This document shows, piece by piece, positions 19,807 through 29,790 of a stretch of 64,000 nt of DNA. Positions within the stretch are counted from its first letter, which is position 1. Each line of letters begins with the position of its first letter. Position numbers and translations under genes: made by a program. Where the stretch lies: the NCBI GenBank assembly GCA_022824265.1, contig JAJEAG010000021.1:22577-86576 (forward strand). The letters run 5' to 3'. This stretch comes from Candidatus Poribacteria bacterium. Lineage in GTDB: Bacteria; Poribacteria; WGA-4E; WGA-3G. The notes beneath the pieces are model-generated. The model searched no databases and was not told the DNA's origin. It saw only the letters and a program-made list of their open reading frames with translations.

Positions 19807-19903
19807 GATTTGTCTTCCTCTTTAGTATGTATGATGTCCACGAAAGATGTGGGATATAAATGCTTATGATATAATGTAATGACGCTTATTGACCAAAAAC
19901 CGT

Positions 19904-21445
19904 TTATTGAATCGGTAAACGGTAACAAGCTGCTTCTCGACTGTTTCGTACAAGTAGATAATTTCCTACAAGTGCTGGGTTGTTCCATGTCTGTCCATTT
20001 ATTGCGGAATACCGTGCAAGTTCTTTATGTTCGTCAGGGTTTGGTTCTATTAGGACGATATCACCAGATTCAGTTAGTACCAACAGGACATCAGATATTA
20101 GGAGTGTTTGTCCATGTCCATAACGACCACGTTTCCATTGCCGTGTACCGTCTGCAGGATTCACACATGCGAAGATACCGTCATCAAGTCCATATATATA
20201 ACCTTCGTAATAAATGATGGTGGTAAATTTAGCTTTAAAGTAGATACTTTCCCATAAAAGCTTAACGTTAAAATCTGCAGATGAGTTACTTCTGGTAATA
20301 TGAAATAATTTTGCCCCAATACCATAAGCAGATGAGACGAATAATTTATCTCCAGGAAGCGGCGTTGGCTGTGTTGCAATTTCTACACTTGCAGCGGGCC
20401 ACTTTTGTTTCCAAAGGAGTTCACCAGATGAAGGTTCATGTGAGGTTACAAGACCATCGTCGAACAATAGCACCTGTTCTGTTCCAGCAAAGGTAGCAAG
20501 TAGAGGGGAACTATATGCACTTTGAATTCTTTGTCCTGTCCATGCGATATTGCCAGTAACTTTGTCATACGCTACTGCCCCTCCAGCACTCACAATTACA
20601 AGTTCATCAAGAACGAGAGGGGAAACACTTACACCCCATGGCGGTGCAGAAGCCTTGTTTTCTTCAAATATATTGGTAGACCAAATTTGTTCTCCAGTTT
20701 CAAACTGCAAACAATTTAGAATACCAGTTCCTCCCACAGTGTAGACACGGTCTCCGTCAATAGTCGGTGTTGCCCGCGGACCAAGTTGACCAAGTGCAGT
20801 ATAATATCGTGTTTTATCCTTGTGCGTCCACTTTTCTTCACCGGTATGTAGGTCATAGCATACAACCTTTTCCCATTCATCTTCTTGTTCCTGTGTAATT
20901 GCAGAATCACCGACAACTGCATAACTTGACCATCCCGCACCGATGGGATGTCGCCATATTAATTCTGGTGGATTGTTTTTCCAATCAGTGTCGAGTTTAA
21001 TTCCTGTTACTATAGCATTCCTGTTAGGACCAAGGAATTGTGGATAATCTGTCAGAGACTTGTGTGATGAGTTTTGTATTTGTGCAAAAGTGCTGTGGGG
21101 TTCTCCGCGCCAACGGAGTTTAAATTGTGGGACAAGGTCACCACTGAACCCATTAAATTGAAATAACGTTACAAAGGAAACGATGATTAGAAGGAATACA
21201 GTGAAACCGAGTAATTTTATTCTCCAAGTCAGACGTGATAATACTAACAACCACATTATTCCCAGAACAACCATAAAAAAAAGAAGTAACACAGAGAGTG
21301 CAACTTTATCTTGACGATGACCTGCATCACGTAACCACACAATACCGATCCCAAGTATGGTAAGACCGATAATGATCAATAGGGGCCACAATCGTATGCT
21401 TTTATTTTTCTGGGGCATGAACGGAAACTCTACTTTACGAAACAA
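19904..21445 (-). CDS. Membrane-anchored PQQ-like / BamB-like beta-propeller repeat protein
   Basis: Three N-terminal hydrophobic helices are followed by repeated 'G.VY..' and 'W...' propeller blade patterns typical of PQQ-like repeats. Confidence 0.65.
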   Translation of the reverse strand: MFRKVEFPFMPQKNKSIRLWPLLIIIGLTILGIGIVWLRDAGHRQDKVALSVLLLFFMVVLGIMWLLVLSRLTWRIKLLGFTVFLLIIVSFVTLFQFNGFSGDLVPQFKLRWRGEPHSTFAQIQNSSHKSLTDYPQFLGPNRNAIVTGIKLDTDWKNNPPELIWRHPIGAGWSSYAVVGDSAITQEQEDEWEKVVCYDLHTGEEKWTHKDKTRYYTALGQLGPRATPTIDGDRVYTVGGTGILNCLQFETGEQIWSTNIFEENKASAPPWGVSVSPLVLDELVIVSAGGAVAYDKVTGNIAWTGQRIQSAYSSPLLATFAGTEQVLLFDDGLVTSHEPSSGELLWKQKWPAASVEIATQPTPLPGDKLFVSSAYGIGAKLFHITRSNSSADFNVKLLWESIYFKAKFTTIIYYEGYIYGLDDGIFACVNPADGTRQWKRGRYGHGQTLLISDVLLVLTESGDIVLIEPNPDEHKELARYSAINGQTWNNPALVGNYLLVRNSREAACYRLPIQ

Positions 21446-21570
21446 CTAAGTTAGGTTACTAATATGATATTTATATTTTTAAAAATTGTCAAGTATAAAT
21501 TTGATATTTTTTACTTTAATATACATGAGAAAGTTATAGCGATTACGATAGTTCAAAATTTAAAATATAA

Positions 21571-21599
21571 TTGACACGTTCAGGTAATGGTGCTACAAT
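21571..21599 (+). promoter_or_regulatory. Sigma-70 type promoter for serA (TTGACA-N17-TACAAT)
   Basis: TTGACA at 21571-21576, a 17-nt spacer, then TACAAT at 21594-21599. A GGGAGG RBS precedes the ATG at 21638. Confidence 0.6.
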
Positions 21600-21637
21600 T
21601 TAGAATGCTTCATGAGTCCGTGGGAGGTAAATCAATT

Positions 21638-23221
21638 ATGGACAAAGTGCTGGTTAGCGATTTGCTATCACAGCAGGGGTTAGATGTTCTAATCAATAAT
21701 GGTAATTTTAAGGTTGATGTCGAATTAGAGTTGTCACCTGAGCAACTTTTGGAACGGATTGGAGACTATGATGCCCTATTGATTAGAAGTGAAACGAGGG
21801 TAACTGCGGATGTCATTGATGCGGCAAAGCATCTGAAGGTTATTGGGCGCGCTGGCGTTGGTGTAGACAATATAGATGTAGAAGCAGCAACACGAAACGG
21901 TATTTTGGTCGTCAACACGCCTACTGGTAATACAATTGCTGCGGCAGAACATACCATCGCATTGTTATTAGCACTTGCGCGTAACATAGTGCCTGCTGGT
22001 ATTTCCCTCAAAAACCGCACTTGGCAACGTAGCGATTTTATCGGTGTTGAGTTATACGGTAAAGTATTCGGGACAGTCGGACTCGGTCGAGTTGGACGTG
22101 AAGTTACCAAACGAGCACACGCTTTTGGCATGCAACTCATCGCTTATGATCCACATATATCTGCCAATGCTGCCGATGAATTAGGTGTTCGACTTGTTGA
22201 TCGGCAGACCTTATTTCGTGAATCAGATTACATCTCAATTCACACCATCCTTAATGCCGATACCTACCACAGTATCGGTGAAGCGGAATTCCAACTGATG
22301 AAACCATCTGGACGTTTGATAAATTGTGCGCGTGGTGGTATCATTGACGAAAAGGCACTGTTTCACGCGTTGAAAGAAAAACAGATTGCTGGTGCTGCTC
22401 TTGATGTATTTGAAGATGAACCTGCAATTGAAAATCCGTTACTTGAATTGGATAACGTACTCGCACTCCCACACCTCGGAGCATCAACAACAGAAGCACA
22501 AGAACACGTTGCTATTGAAGTAGCACAACAAGTCATCAACGCCCTAAACGACAAACCTGTTGCAAACGCTGTTAATCAACCCAAAATTGATCCCAAAGTG
22601 TTTGATATATTGGGTCCCTATTTGGAACTTGCAGAAAAGATTGGAAGTTTTCATGCACAAATTGTTGAAGGACAAGTTTCTGCAATCAAGATTCATTATA
22701 GTGGAACGCTCTTTGAAAAAGAGGATGTAACACCTATTACTGTCGCATTACAAAAGGGAATATTATCACCAGTATTAACAGAAGTAAATTATGTCAACGC
22801 ACCTTTTCTTATCAAACAGCGTGGAATATCAGTTACTGAAACAAAAAGCGATTCTTTGGCGGATTTTGCTAACTTAATGTCAGTAACTGTAATTACAGAT
22901 AAAGGTGAAACAATCATTGCAGGGACAACATTTGGGAAGAAAGATATTCGTATCGTCCGTATAAACCAACTACACCTTAACGCAACGCCAGAAGGATATA
23001 TATTACTTATTTACAACCGTGATCAACCGGGTATGATCGGTCTAATAGGAACTATTTTGGGAGAACATGACATCAACATTGCAGATATGACAGTTGGCCG
23101 TTCAGTCATTGGAGAATTCGCACTTACATTGATTAATGTAGATAGTTTAGTGCCACGAAATGTAATAAACACAATCGCAGCTCAGGATAAGATAGATTTC
23201 GTCAAGCAGGTTATTATATAA
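21638..23221 (+). CDS. serA: D-3-phosphoglycerate dehydrogenase (long form with ASB/ACT regulatory domains)
   Basis: Motifs 'GRAGVGVDNIDV', 'GTVGLGRVGREV' and 'NCARGGIID', plus a C-terminal ACT-like region. The start is set at M18 of the track ORF because the promoter overlaps the longer ORF. Confidence 0.9.
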   Translation: MDKVLVSDLLSQQGLDVLINNGNFKVDVELELSPEQLLERIGDYDALLIRSETRVTADVIDAAKHLKVIGRAGVGVDNIDVEAATRNGILVVNTPTGNTIAAAEHTIALLLALARNIVPAGISLKNRTWQRSDFIGVELYGKVFGTVGLGRVGREVTKRAHAFGMQLIAYDPHISANAADELGVRLVDRQTLFRESDYISIHTILNADTYHSIGEAEFQLMKPSGRLINCARGGIIDEKALFHALKEKQIAGAALDVFEDEPAIENPLLELDNVLALPHLGASTTEAQEHVAIEVAQQVINALNDKPVANAVNQPKIDPKVFDILGPYLELAEKIGSFHAQIVEGQVSAIKIHYSGTLFEKEDVTPITVALQKGILSPVLTEVNYVNAPFLIKQRGISVTETKSDSLADFANLMSVTVITDKGETIIAGTTFGKKDIRIVRINQLHLNATPEGYILLIYNRDQPGMIGLIGTILGEHDINIADMTVGRSVIGEFALTLINVDSLVPRNVINTIAAQDKIDFVKQVII

Positions 23222-23255
23222 AAACCAAGATTGTATATACTTTGGGAGAGATAGT

Positions 23256-24665
23256 TTGGATGCAAAACAGATATGTTTGTTGATCAATGATGAGATTCCG
23301 AAAGAGAAGTTGTTTTCCGCAGAAAAACGGGGTGTTCATCCTAACTGCAATACCTCATGGAGAATCTCACCAGAACCTTTCTGGATTTCACAAAAAGAGC
23401 TAAGTTGGTTTGAAGAACTGGGTCCACATTTATTACAATTTTACCGCGCCTGCAATTTACTCTATTCGCAAAGTGTACGAGGCATTCAACCCTCTTGGAT
23501 AGCAGAATATTTAGATATTGGCAAACCTGAGACTGTCATTCAACAGGGACGAATGAATCGGTTCAAAAGCCATATTCCGTCTGTAATTCGTCCTGATATA
23601 TTACCTACCTCTGAAGACACACGTGTAATTACTGAATTGGACTCTATTCCCGGTTTCATTGGTGCAACGGGTTGCTTGGCAAGACTATATACGAAGCTTG
23701 GGTATTCCATTGTCGGTGGAAAAGACGGCATGGTAAATTCCTATGCAGAGATGATACGTGCTTTGGCAAAGAAGGATGATCCGACACTCGCTATTGTCGT
23801 TTCTGATGAATCTGAGGACTACCGTCCTGAGATGATTTGGCTGGCTAAAGCACTTTGTGATGTTGGACTTAGAACTGCAGCAGTAAAGCCGAACGATGTT
23901 ATTTTTACTGAGGAAGGGTTACTGGTAGAAAGTCAATATGGTAAAATAAATGTAGATGTCGTTTACCGTTTCTATGAGATGTTTGATCTTCAGAATATTC
24001 CCAAAGCGGAGTTAATCTTCTATAGCGCAAAGAAACGCAGCATCACCCTGACACCTCCACCTAAGGCATACTTAGAAGAGAAGTTGTATTTTGCTCTCTT
24101 TCATCATCTATCCCTACAGTCTTTCTGGCAACGTCAACTTGGCAAAAAAACCTATCCATTTCTGCAGAAGGTAATCCCACATACATGGATCCTTGACCCG
24201 CGTCCGCTTCCACCACATGCAGTGATACCGAACTTAGAGATTGAAGATAAACCTGTAACAGACTGGCGACAACTTTCAGATATGACACAACGTCAACGTG
24301 AATTGGTAATCAAACCATCAGGTTTTTCTGAACTGGCATGGGGCAGCCGTGGTGTAGCTATAGGGCATGACCTACCCACAGAGGAGTGGGAAGCAGTTAT
24401 TGAAAATGCAATAACTAATTTTGAGAATACACCTTATGTTCTTCAAGAATTTCATACAGCAAATCGTATCCGTATGCAGTATTATGATTTTGACACTGAG
24501 GAAATACAAGAGATGCCATCACGTCCACTACTCCGTCCATACTATTTTGTTGTAGGGGACACCGTTAAACTTGGTGGCATACAGGCAGCTGTCTGTCCAG
24601 CAGATAAGAAAATTATACACGGTATGGTGGATTCAATTATTGTCCCTTGTGCAAAAAGAGCATAA
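23256..24665 (+). CDS. Hypothetical protein, possibly of the circularly permuted ATP-grasp type
   Basis: 469 aa with a TTG start. The N-terminal 'SPEPFWISQKELSWFEELGPHLLQFYRACNLLY' and 'RPDILPTSEDTRVITELDSIPG' resemble CP-ATP-grasp proteins. This is a tentative recollection only. Confidence 0.35.
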   Translation: MDAKQICLLINDEIPKEKLFSAEKRGVHPNCNTSWRISPEPFWISQKELSWFEELGPHLLQFYRACNLLYSQSVRGIQPSWIAEYLDIGKPETVIQQGRMNRFKSHIPSVIRPDILPTSEDTRVITELDSIPGFIGATGCLARLYTKLGYSIVGGKDGMVNSYAEMIRALAKKDDPTLAIVVSDESEDYRPEMIWLAKALCDVGLRTAAVKPNDVIFTEEGLLVESQYGKINVDVVYRFYEMFDLQNIPKAELIFYSAKKRSITLTPPPKAYLEEKLYFALFHHLSLQSFWQRQLGKKTYPFLQKVIPHTWILDPRPLPPHAVIPNLEIEDKPVTDWRQLSDMTQRQRELVIKPSGFSELAWGSRGVAIGHDLPTEEWEAVIENAITNFENTPYVLQEFHTANRIRMQYYDFDTEEIQEMPSRPLLRPYYFVVGDTVKLGGIQAAVCPADKKIIHGMVDSIIVPCAKRA

Positions 24666-24726
24666 ATTGATTAGACAAGATATTGAATCCTACGGAGATT
24701 ATAAGCGTAATGGCATGTCTATATCT

Positions 24727-25749
24727 CTAATTCTCAATTTTTAGGTATCCCCAGAATGTGCGATATTTATCCATTGCTGCTACATTTAAACTATCTGTAG
24801 TAAATTCTTCAACAGTAGGAAGAATTTGGGGACCAAGACCTTCAACAACACCACCTACAGCATAAATTTTTCCGTTGGCTATTCCTGATCCTAAGAAAAC
24901 ACGGGCAGTTGGCATATCTGTGCTTTTCTCCCATGTATCTGTTAACGGATTATACATTTCAACTGTTGCTATTCCAGGACCTTGCACAACAGGTGCCCCA
25001 CCAATAGCATAGATTTTTGAATTTGCAATACTTACTGCCAATGCAGTTCGGGGAGTTGGTATATTTGCTTTTTTTGTCCATGTGTCTGTGTTAGGATCAT
25101 ATTCCTGTACTTCTTTAACAAACGGACCGACTATACCACTGACTCCGCCAATTAGGTATATTTTATCCCTATATTCTGCTGTAGCCATCCCTGAACGAGG
25201 GTCTGGCATATTTGCTTTTTTTGTCCATTCGTCTGTGTTTGTGTCATAGACTTCAACAGTTGATAACACTGGACCAACATTCATCGCAACGCCACCGAAT
25301 GTGTATATTTTCTCATCTACGGCAACTGCCGAGAAAAATGAACGTGGCGTAGGCATATCGGCTTTTTTCACCCACGTATCCTTACTCGGGTCATATACTT
25401 CTACTGTACCAAGTGCAGGATTTTGTCCATCCCATCCGCCAATTGCGTAAATTTTACCATCCACTTCACAGGAAACAACCCCTGCTCGTGGAGATAGCAA
25501 ACTGGATTTCTGACTCCACCTATCAGTTTTTGGGTTGTATACCTCAACACTGTCCATCGGGTCTGCAAGCATGCCACCAATAACATATATCTCATCGCCA
25601 AGAGCAGAAACGGAAAAAAACAATCTCGGATTCACCATATCTGCTTTCTTTTCCCATTCTTGGGCATTGACGTTATTAATAAAAATAAAAAATGTAAAAA
25701 TGCTAAAAAACAAACTTAATTGTACACCTAAAATAAAATATCTTTTCAC
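24727..25749 (-). CDS. Exported Kelch-repeat beta-propeller protein
   Basis: A signal peptide ('FINNVNA|QE') is followed by six repeats of the type 'R......V.DGKIY.IGG......L..VE.YDP..D.W'. Confidence 0.85.
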   Translation of the reverse strand: MKRYFILGVQLSLFFSIFTFFIFINNVNAQEWEKKADMVNPRLFFSVSALGDEIYVIGGMLADPMDSVEVYNPKTDRWSQKSSLLSPRAGVVSCEVDGKIYAIGGWDGQNPALGTVEVYDPSKDTWVKKADMPTPRSFFSAVAVDEKIYTFGGVAMNVGPVLSTVEVYDTNTDEWTKKANMPDPRSGMATAEYRDKIYLIGGVSGIVGPFVKEVQEYDPNTDTWTKKANIPTPRTALAVSIANSKIYAIGGAPVVQGPGIATVEMYNPLTDTWEKSTDMPTARVFLGSGIANGKIYAVGGVVEGLGPQILPTVEEFTTDSLNVAAMDKYRTFWGYLKIEN

Positions 25750-25778
25750 TTAATTCCTCTTTTCATCTTTAAATTATA

Positions 25779-26372
25779 TTAATGTTTGTAAATTGTAACT
25801 TCCATACCATCACGTCTTGGTGGTCCTGGATTGTTTCCGCCATCACGTCTTCGTCGCCAACTTTCAAACCAGTGTGTTTCTGATTCATAATTAGATCTGA
25901 CATGGTCGAGATAATCTGCCATCTGATCAGCTCTACCGACATTGTCAGCGACAATCGTTGCGGGATTCGTCAATCGAGATTCAATTGCTTTGTAACAGGC
26001 AAAATAACCGTCCTTGTTGTTGTCAAGAAAAAGAAAATCAACAGGTTCTTCAATCGTTTTTAGGACTTCTGAGGCATCTCCAATTCGAGAGTCAACAAGG
26101 TCAGACACACCAGCCTTTTCAAAATTTGCACGTGCACGTTGTGCGTTATCCTCTTCTATCTCAACTGTTATTAAACGTCCTGCACCAATCTTTTTCAGTT
26201 CACGTAATATCCACAATCCTGAATAACCGATGGCAGTACCACACTCTACAATAAGTGATGGTTTCGCCTTTTCAACACAACCTGCTAACAGTTTCGCCTT
26301 TTGTGGTCCCAACATCGGTATTCGTTCAGCACGACACTGTTCCTCAACTTCATTTAAGACATTATCAAACAT
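25779..26372 (-). CDS. Class I SAM-dependent O-methyltransferase (catechol/caffeoyl-CoA OMT-like)
   Basis: Motifs 'IVECGTAIGYSGLWI' (motif I) and 'DFLFLDNNKDGY', typical of O-methyltransferase family 3. Confidence 0.75.
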   Translation of the reverse strand: MFDNVLNEVEEQCRAERIPMLGPQKAKLLAGCVEKAKPSLIVECGTAIGYSGLWILRELKKIGAGRLITVEIEEDNAQRARANFEKAGVSDLVDSRIGDASEVLKTIEEPVDFLFLDNNKDGYFACYKAIESRLTNPATIVADNVGRADQMADYLDHVRSNYESETHWFESWRRRRDGGNNPGPPRRDGMEVTIYKH

Positions 26373-26469
26373 AAATCCTCCTTAAAATATAATTTATATG
26401 TAAAGTAAACGGTTAAAATACCTGTGCATGTGCAATAAAACAATAGGATAGGATGTTGTTGATAGGAGA

Positions 26470-27630
26470 TCATTCAGATATGATATTATCAAAGGATTCT
26501 TTGTCATTTTCATGATCTGCCAGAGTATAATGTTCCCAGAGTGTCTTTGGGACACGATTTAAGGCAAATATTCCATAATCATTCCCATTTGGTGAACGAA
26601 CAATCGTATGGATATGATTTGGGCTGCCCCCACTCCTGCCTTCGTCATTGAATTCAATCCAAACAGCAGGGTTAAAAACGCGGTAATAAATAGAATCCTT
26701 ATCTGTCGTCCCACCAATCCATACAAAATAGGTGTCATTTATTCCTTCATCAATATCTTTCATCCATATATCTGCGAACTCAGATTCAAGATTATAGACA
26801 TAGGATTTAATTAGTTTACGTAAGTTCTCTTTTTGTTCATCGTTCATCTCTGATGCTTTTAAGCCGATTCCCACAAAATCAGAGTAATCATAATCAAGGT
26901 ACGGGTCCGTAGTGCTACCCGGACCTACTTTAAGTCCACGACGACCATCTGTCTGTATCGTTTTTTCTTTTTGTTCTGAATCAAGACTATCAAGTAAGGT
27001 TAATGCATTTGTTCTTTCACCTTCCAGCACTATTTCACCGTCAAAGATCGTTGGTGAAGTTCCCAAATGGGTTGGAGCGATTGAGACCTCATCCCCATGC
27101 ACTAAAAGGTTTAACCCAAGATGATGTCCGTCCAACTGGAATCCCCATGAACCGTCTGTCTCTGGATTTCCAAATAATGCTATATAATATGGACGTGAAT
27201 TCCAAAAATTAGGATTAATTTCACCTATTGGTGTTTTGGATTTTTGGGTGATAAGTAAAATTTTAGTGTAACCTTCATCACTCAAGAACACTTTCAGAAC
27301 TTCATGAAACAGAATCAATTGATCAGTTGATAATTCACTGAAACCAATTCCTCCACGATCAAAGTTATTAGATGGTGGTAAATTAGACCATGAATATGAT
27401 TCTTTATGTCCAAGTGGAAAGGAGGCATCGGTAAGAAGTTCTTCGCTTAGTGTGTTGCGAAAACTTTTCATGGTAGATGCCAATGTTACTATTGACGGTT
27501 TTTCAGATATGTCGGCGATCTCTTTTGCTTTTTCACCGTTACTTTCTGCAGAATCCAAAATGTTCAACGTAAATGATAAAATACATGCTATTAAAATTAG
27601 AATGAGTAAAAATAGAGTTTGACGTAACAT
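26470..27630 (-). CDS. DUF3500 family exported protein
   Basis: Motifs 'WGFQLDGHHLGLN' and 'YYRVFNPAVWIEFNDE....NHIHTIVR' match my recollection of DUF3500. The start is set at the ATG at 27630, which has an AAAGGA RBS and gives a signal peptide. Confidence 0.65.
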   Translation of the reverse strand: MLRQTLFLLILILIACILSFTLNILDSAESNGEKAKEIADISEKPSIVTLASTMKSFRNTLSEELLTDASFPLGHKESYSWSNLPPSNNFDRGGIGFSELSTDQLILFHEVLKVFLSDEGYTKILLITQKSKTPIGEINPNFWNSRPYYIALFGNPETDGSWGFQLDGHHLGLNLLVHGDEVSIAPTHLGTSPTIFDGEIVLEGERTNALTLLDSLDSEQKEKTIQTDGRRGLKVGPGSTTDPYLDYDYSDFVGIGLKASEMNDEQKENLRKLIKSYVYNLESEFADIWMKDIDEGINDTYFVWIGGTTDKDSIYYRVFNPAVWIEFNDEGRSGGSPNHIHTIVRSPNGNDYGIFALNRVPKTLWEHYTLADHENDKESFDNIISE

Positions 27631-27980
27631 AGAAATCCTTTCAAATCCCAAATCATTAATGCAGTTATTGCGAAATCCTTCATATCATATAAAACACTAT
27701 CGTTATTTTAGTCATATCAAAAATAAATTAGTTCGTAGTTTCTTGAATAATAATCAGTGGAAGAATTTATAATATGATCTCATATCCTTTGGTACGCATA
27801 GGTTTATCTATTTCGCACAATTGATATAATTATTGGTTTTAGATTCAACCGTAGACGTGAAACCTACATAATAAATTAAGTTGACAATATGCCGAGGTAA
27901 ATTGTCATCTACTTGTATGTTATACCATTTCTAATAAACAAAGTCAAAGTGCCATTTTCGTGGAATACTTATAGGATCTA

Positions 27981-28018
27981 CCTCGAATCAACGCCAATTG
28001 CGTTTATGGCATTCCCGG
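27981..28018 (+). repeat. Short interspersed repeat 'GAATCAACGCC...GGCATTC' (family R5)
   Basis: Related copies lie at 28201-28243 (+) and 37060-37100 (-), with a partial copy at 37115-37128 (-). Confidence 0.7.
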
Positions 28019-28200
28019 TTATAAACGTCTTGCCTTATGAATTGTGATTTTTTTTCTAATGAAATTGTGACCTTTTATTAAGTCACAATGACGTGATGAA
28101 TCCAGTCAGGACAAGGAATGTGACGCGATTTTTGATTTTTTTTATTTGTTCCATTTTAGTTCTGTTTTATTCAAGATATAAAGACTACACACCTGTCATC

Positions 28201-28243
28201 CCTCGGAATCAACGCCAAATACGCTTGTGGTATTTGGCGGGAC
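28201..28243 (+). repeat. Family R5 repeat copy
   Basis: 'CCTCGGAATCAACGCCAAATACGC..' aligns with 27981-28018 and with the reverse complement of 37060-37100. Confidence 0.7.
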
Positions 28244-28255
28244 TTTAGTGTTTAT

Positions 28256-28339
28256 GTCGTAGGTCGCTTCGCTCGCTCTGACCTACCAGGCTTGATGTGA
28301 GAATGCGGGCGAGGAAACCTCGCCCTACGATAGTGTAAT
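28256..28339 (-). repeat. Composite palindromic repeat of about 80 nt (family R4), made of two hairpins
   Basis: Its reverse complement aligns along its length with 48370-48441. The shared hairpins are 'TATCGTAGGGGCGAGG-N3-CCTCGCCC' and a 'GAGCGAGC' hairpin. Confidence 0.8.
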
Positions 28340-28479
28340 ACCAATTCTATAAATGATTTTCCCATTTGGATTGGAATGTCCGAGGCGCAATGAATTGCGC
28401 GACTACGAACACGTTTTTTGTTAATGAAAAGTTATTATTTACAAATGGTATAATTATGAATTTTACCATAATCTTCATT

Positions 28480-28666
28480 TAGTTGTTTTTTCGGTTTTTG
28501 TGTTTTGGTATGTCGTCATTGGTTTCCTCGATTTTGCAAGTTCTGTGTTGGATGTTGGGTTATATTATACTTGAGGGCCGTTTGGTTTTGTAGTGTTATT
28601 GCGTTTGATAACAATATATATCCAATATGTTTGATGTCTGTTTCAGTTTTTTGGTTTAGTTTTCAG
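28480..28666 (+). repeat. TG-rich, C-poor interspersed repeat, copy A
   Basis: It aligns with 44191-44440 (same strand) and, more distantly, with the reverse complement of 52605-52725. I hand-counted 17 C in 28481-28660 (180 nt). Confidence 0.85.
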
Positions 28667-28962
28667 CAGGGTTATTTAGTTTTATCAATTTATAGTTGAC
28701 GAGTTGGACTAATAGTTAGATTTGAATTGCATCGGTGCCTACTACCATGTTGAGTTCCTAAGTATTACCTTACCTACATTACATTAACGTTTGTGATAAA
28801 ATGCATCAGAAAAACCGAAAACTAAATAATCCTGAATACAAAAAATGCCTATAGCAAAAAAAAGTGAAATGTGGTATACTCATCACACATTATTAGATTT
28901 GCCTCCGGAATATGTAATAACATATAATTCCTAATCAAGTTATAGTAGGAAAGATAAAAAAT

Positions 28963-29790
28963 ATGCAATTATCAGAAACACAAATCGCTCAATTTCGTGA
29001 AAATGGTTACCTTGCAATTGATGGCTTTTTTTCCGCTGTAGAGGCGGAAGCACTGCGATTAGAATTGGAACGGATATACAATACTGAACTGGAAAAAGGA
29101 ACTGGCATCAATTGCGCGGTCCAAGAGGATGGCACCAAACGCGATAACGAAGGCGAACGTCAAAATCTACAAGTTATCCCTCTAAACAACCGCAGCGACT
29201 TGCACAAAGGGTTACCATTTCATCCCAAAGTTGTTTCTACGGTGAAGCAGCTTATCGGTGATGAATTTATGCTGGAACTTGACCAAGCGTTTTGGAAACC
29301 ACCGAAAGTAGGTATAGGGACCAGTTGGCATCAGGATAACGCTTATTTCAAAATTGCGGATCCTTTGCGTGGGACTGCTATGTGGATTGCAATTCACGAT
29401 GCAAACATTGAAAATGGGTGTATGCATGTTATTCCCGGTAGCCATCGTGAATCTTATGAACATTATAAGGATCCATTGAGCGACCACCATATTCGCTGTG
29501 ACCCTCCTGAAGAACGTGCTGTGCCAATTGAGTTGAAAGCAGGTGGAGTGCTATTCTTCTGTTATGGTGTTGCCCATTGCACTCGGTCAAACCTATCCGA
29601 TAAGGAACGTGCAGGTGTTGCATTGCACTTTCTACATAACGATTTCGGTGGTAAAGAACTATGGGAACGGAATAATTCAACAAAACCAATGATTACAGGA
29701 CACTTGGCAACTGGCGGGGAAGAAGAATTTGGTGAGAAATATGAGGGAAGATGGCAAGAATTGGTAGACAACATACTTACAACTACATAA
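28963..29790 (+). CDS. PhyH family dioxygenase
   Basis: Motifs 'QFRENGYLAIDGFF', 'SWHQDNAYF', 'VIPGSHRES' and 'LFFCYGVAHCTRSN'. Confidence 0.85.
   Translation: MQLSETQIAQFRENGYLAIDGFFSAVEAEALRLELERIYNTELEKGTGINCAVQEDGTKRDNEGERQNLQVIPLNNRSDLHKGLPFHPKVVSTVKQLIGDEFMLELDQAFWKPPKVGIGTSWHQDNAYFKIADPLRGTAMWIAIHDANIENGCMHVIPGSHRESYEHYKDPLSDHHIRCDPPEERAVPIELKAGGVLFFCYGVAHCTRSNLSDKERAGVALHFLHNDFGGKELWERNNSTKPMITGHLATGGEEEFGEKYEGRWQELVDNILTTT

Noticed and set aside
21587-21637. Longer serA ORF starting at 21587.
   Set aside because: A TTGACA-N17-TACAAT promoter lies at 21571-21599, overlapping this start. A GGGAGG RBS precedes the ATG at 21638, which gives the family-typical 'MDKVLVSD' N-terminus.
28064-28089. 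TGTGAC-N10-GTCACA palindrome considered as a CRP/FNR-type operator.
   Set aside because: The half-sites are 12 nt apart (TGTGA to TCACA) rather than the canonical 6. It is more simply an 8-bp-stem hairpin.
28505-28699. 64-aa ORF (and its counterpart at 44234-44446) whose peptides are similar to each other ('CVGCWVILYL...FDNNIYPICLMSVSVFWFS').
   Set aside because: Both lie inside the TG-rich repeat. The Cys/Trp/Phe/Val-rich composition follows directly from T+G-rich DNA. There is no RBS, differences between copies show no third-position bias, and copy B has a 64-nt indel that breaks the frame relationship. I treated both as non-coding repeat.
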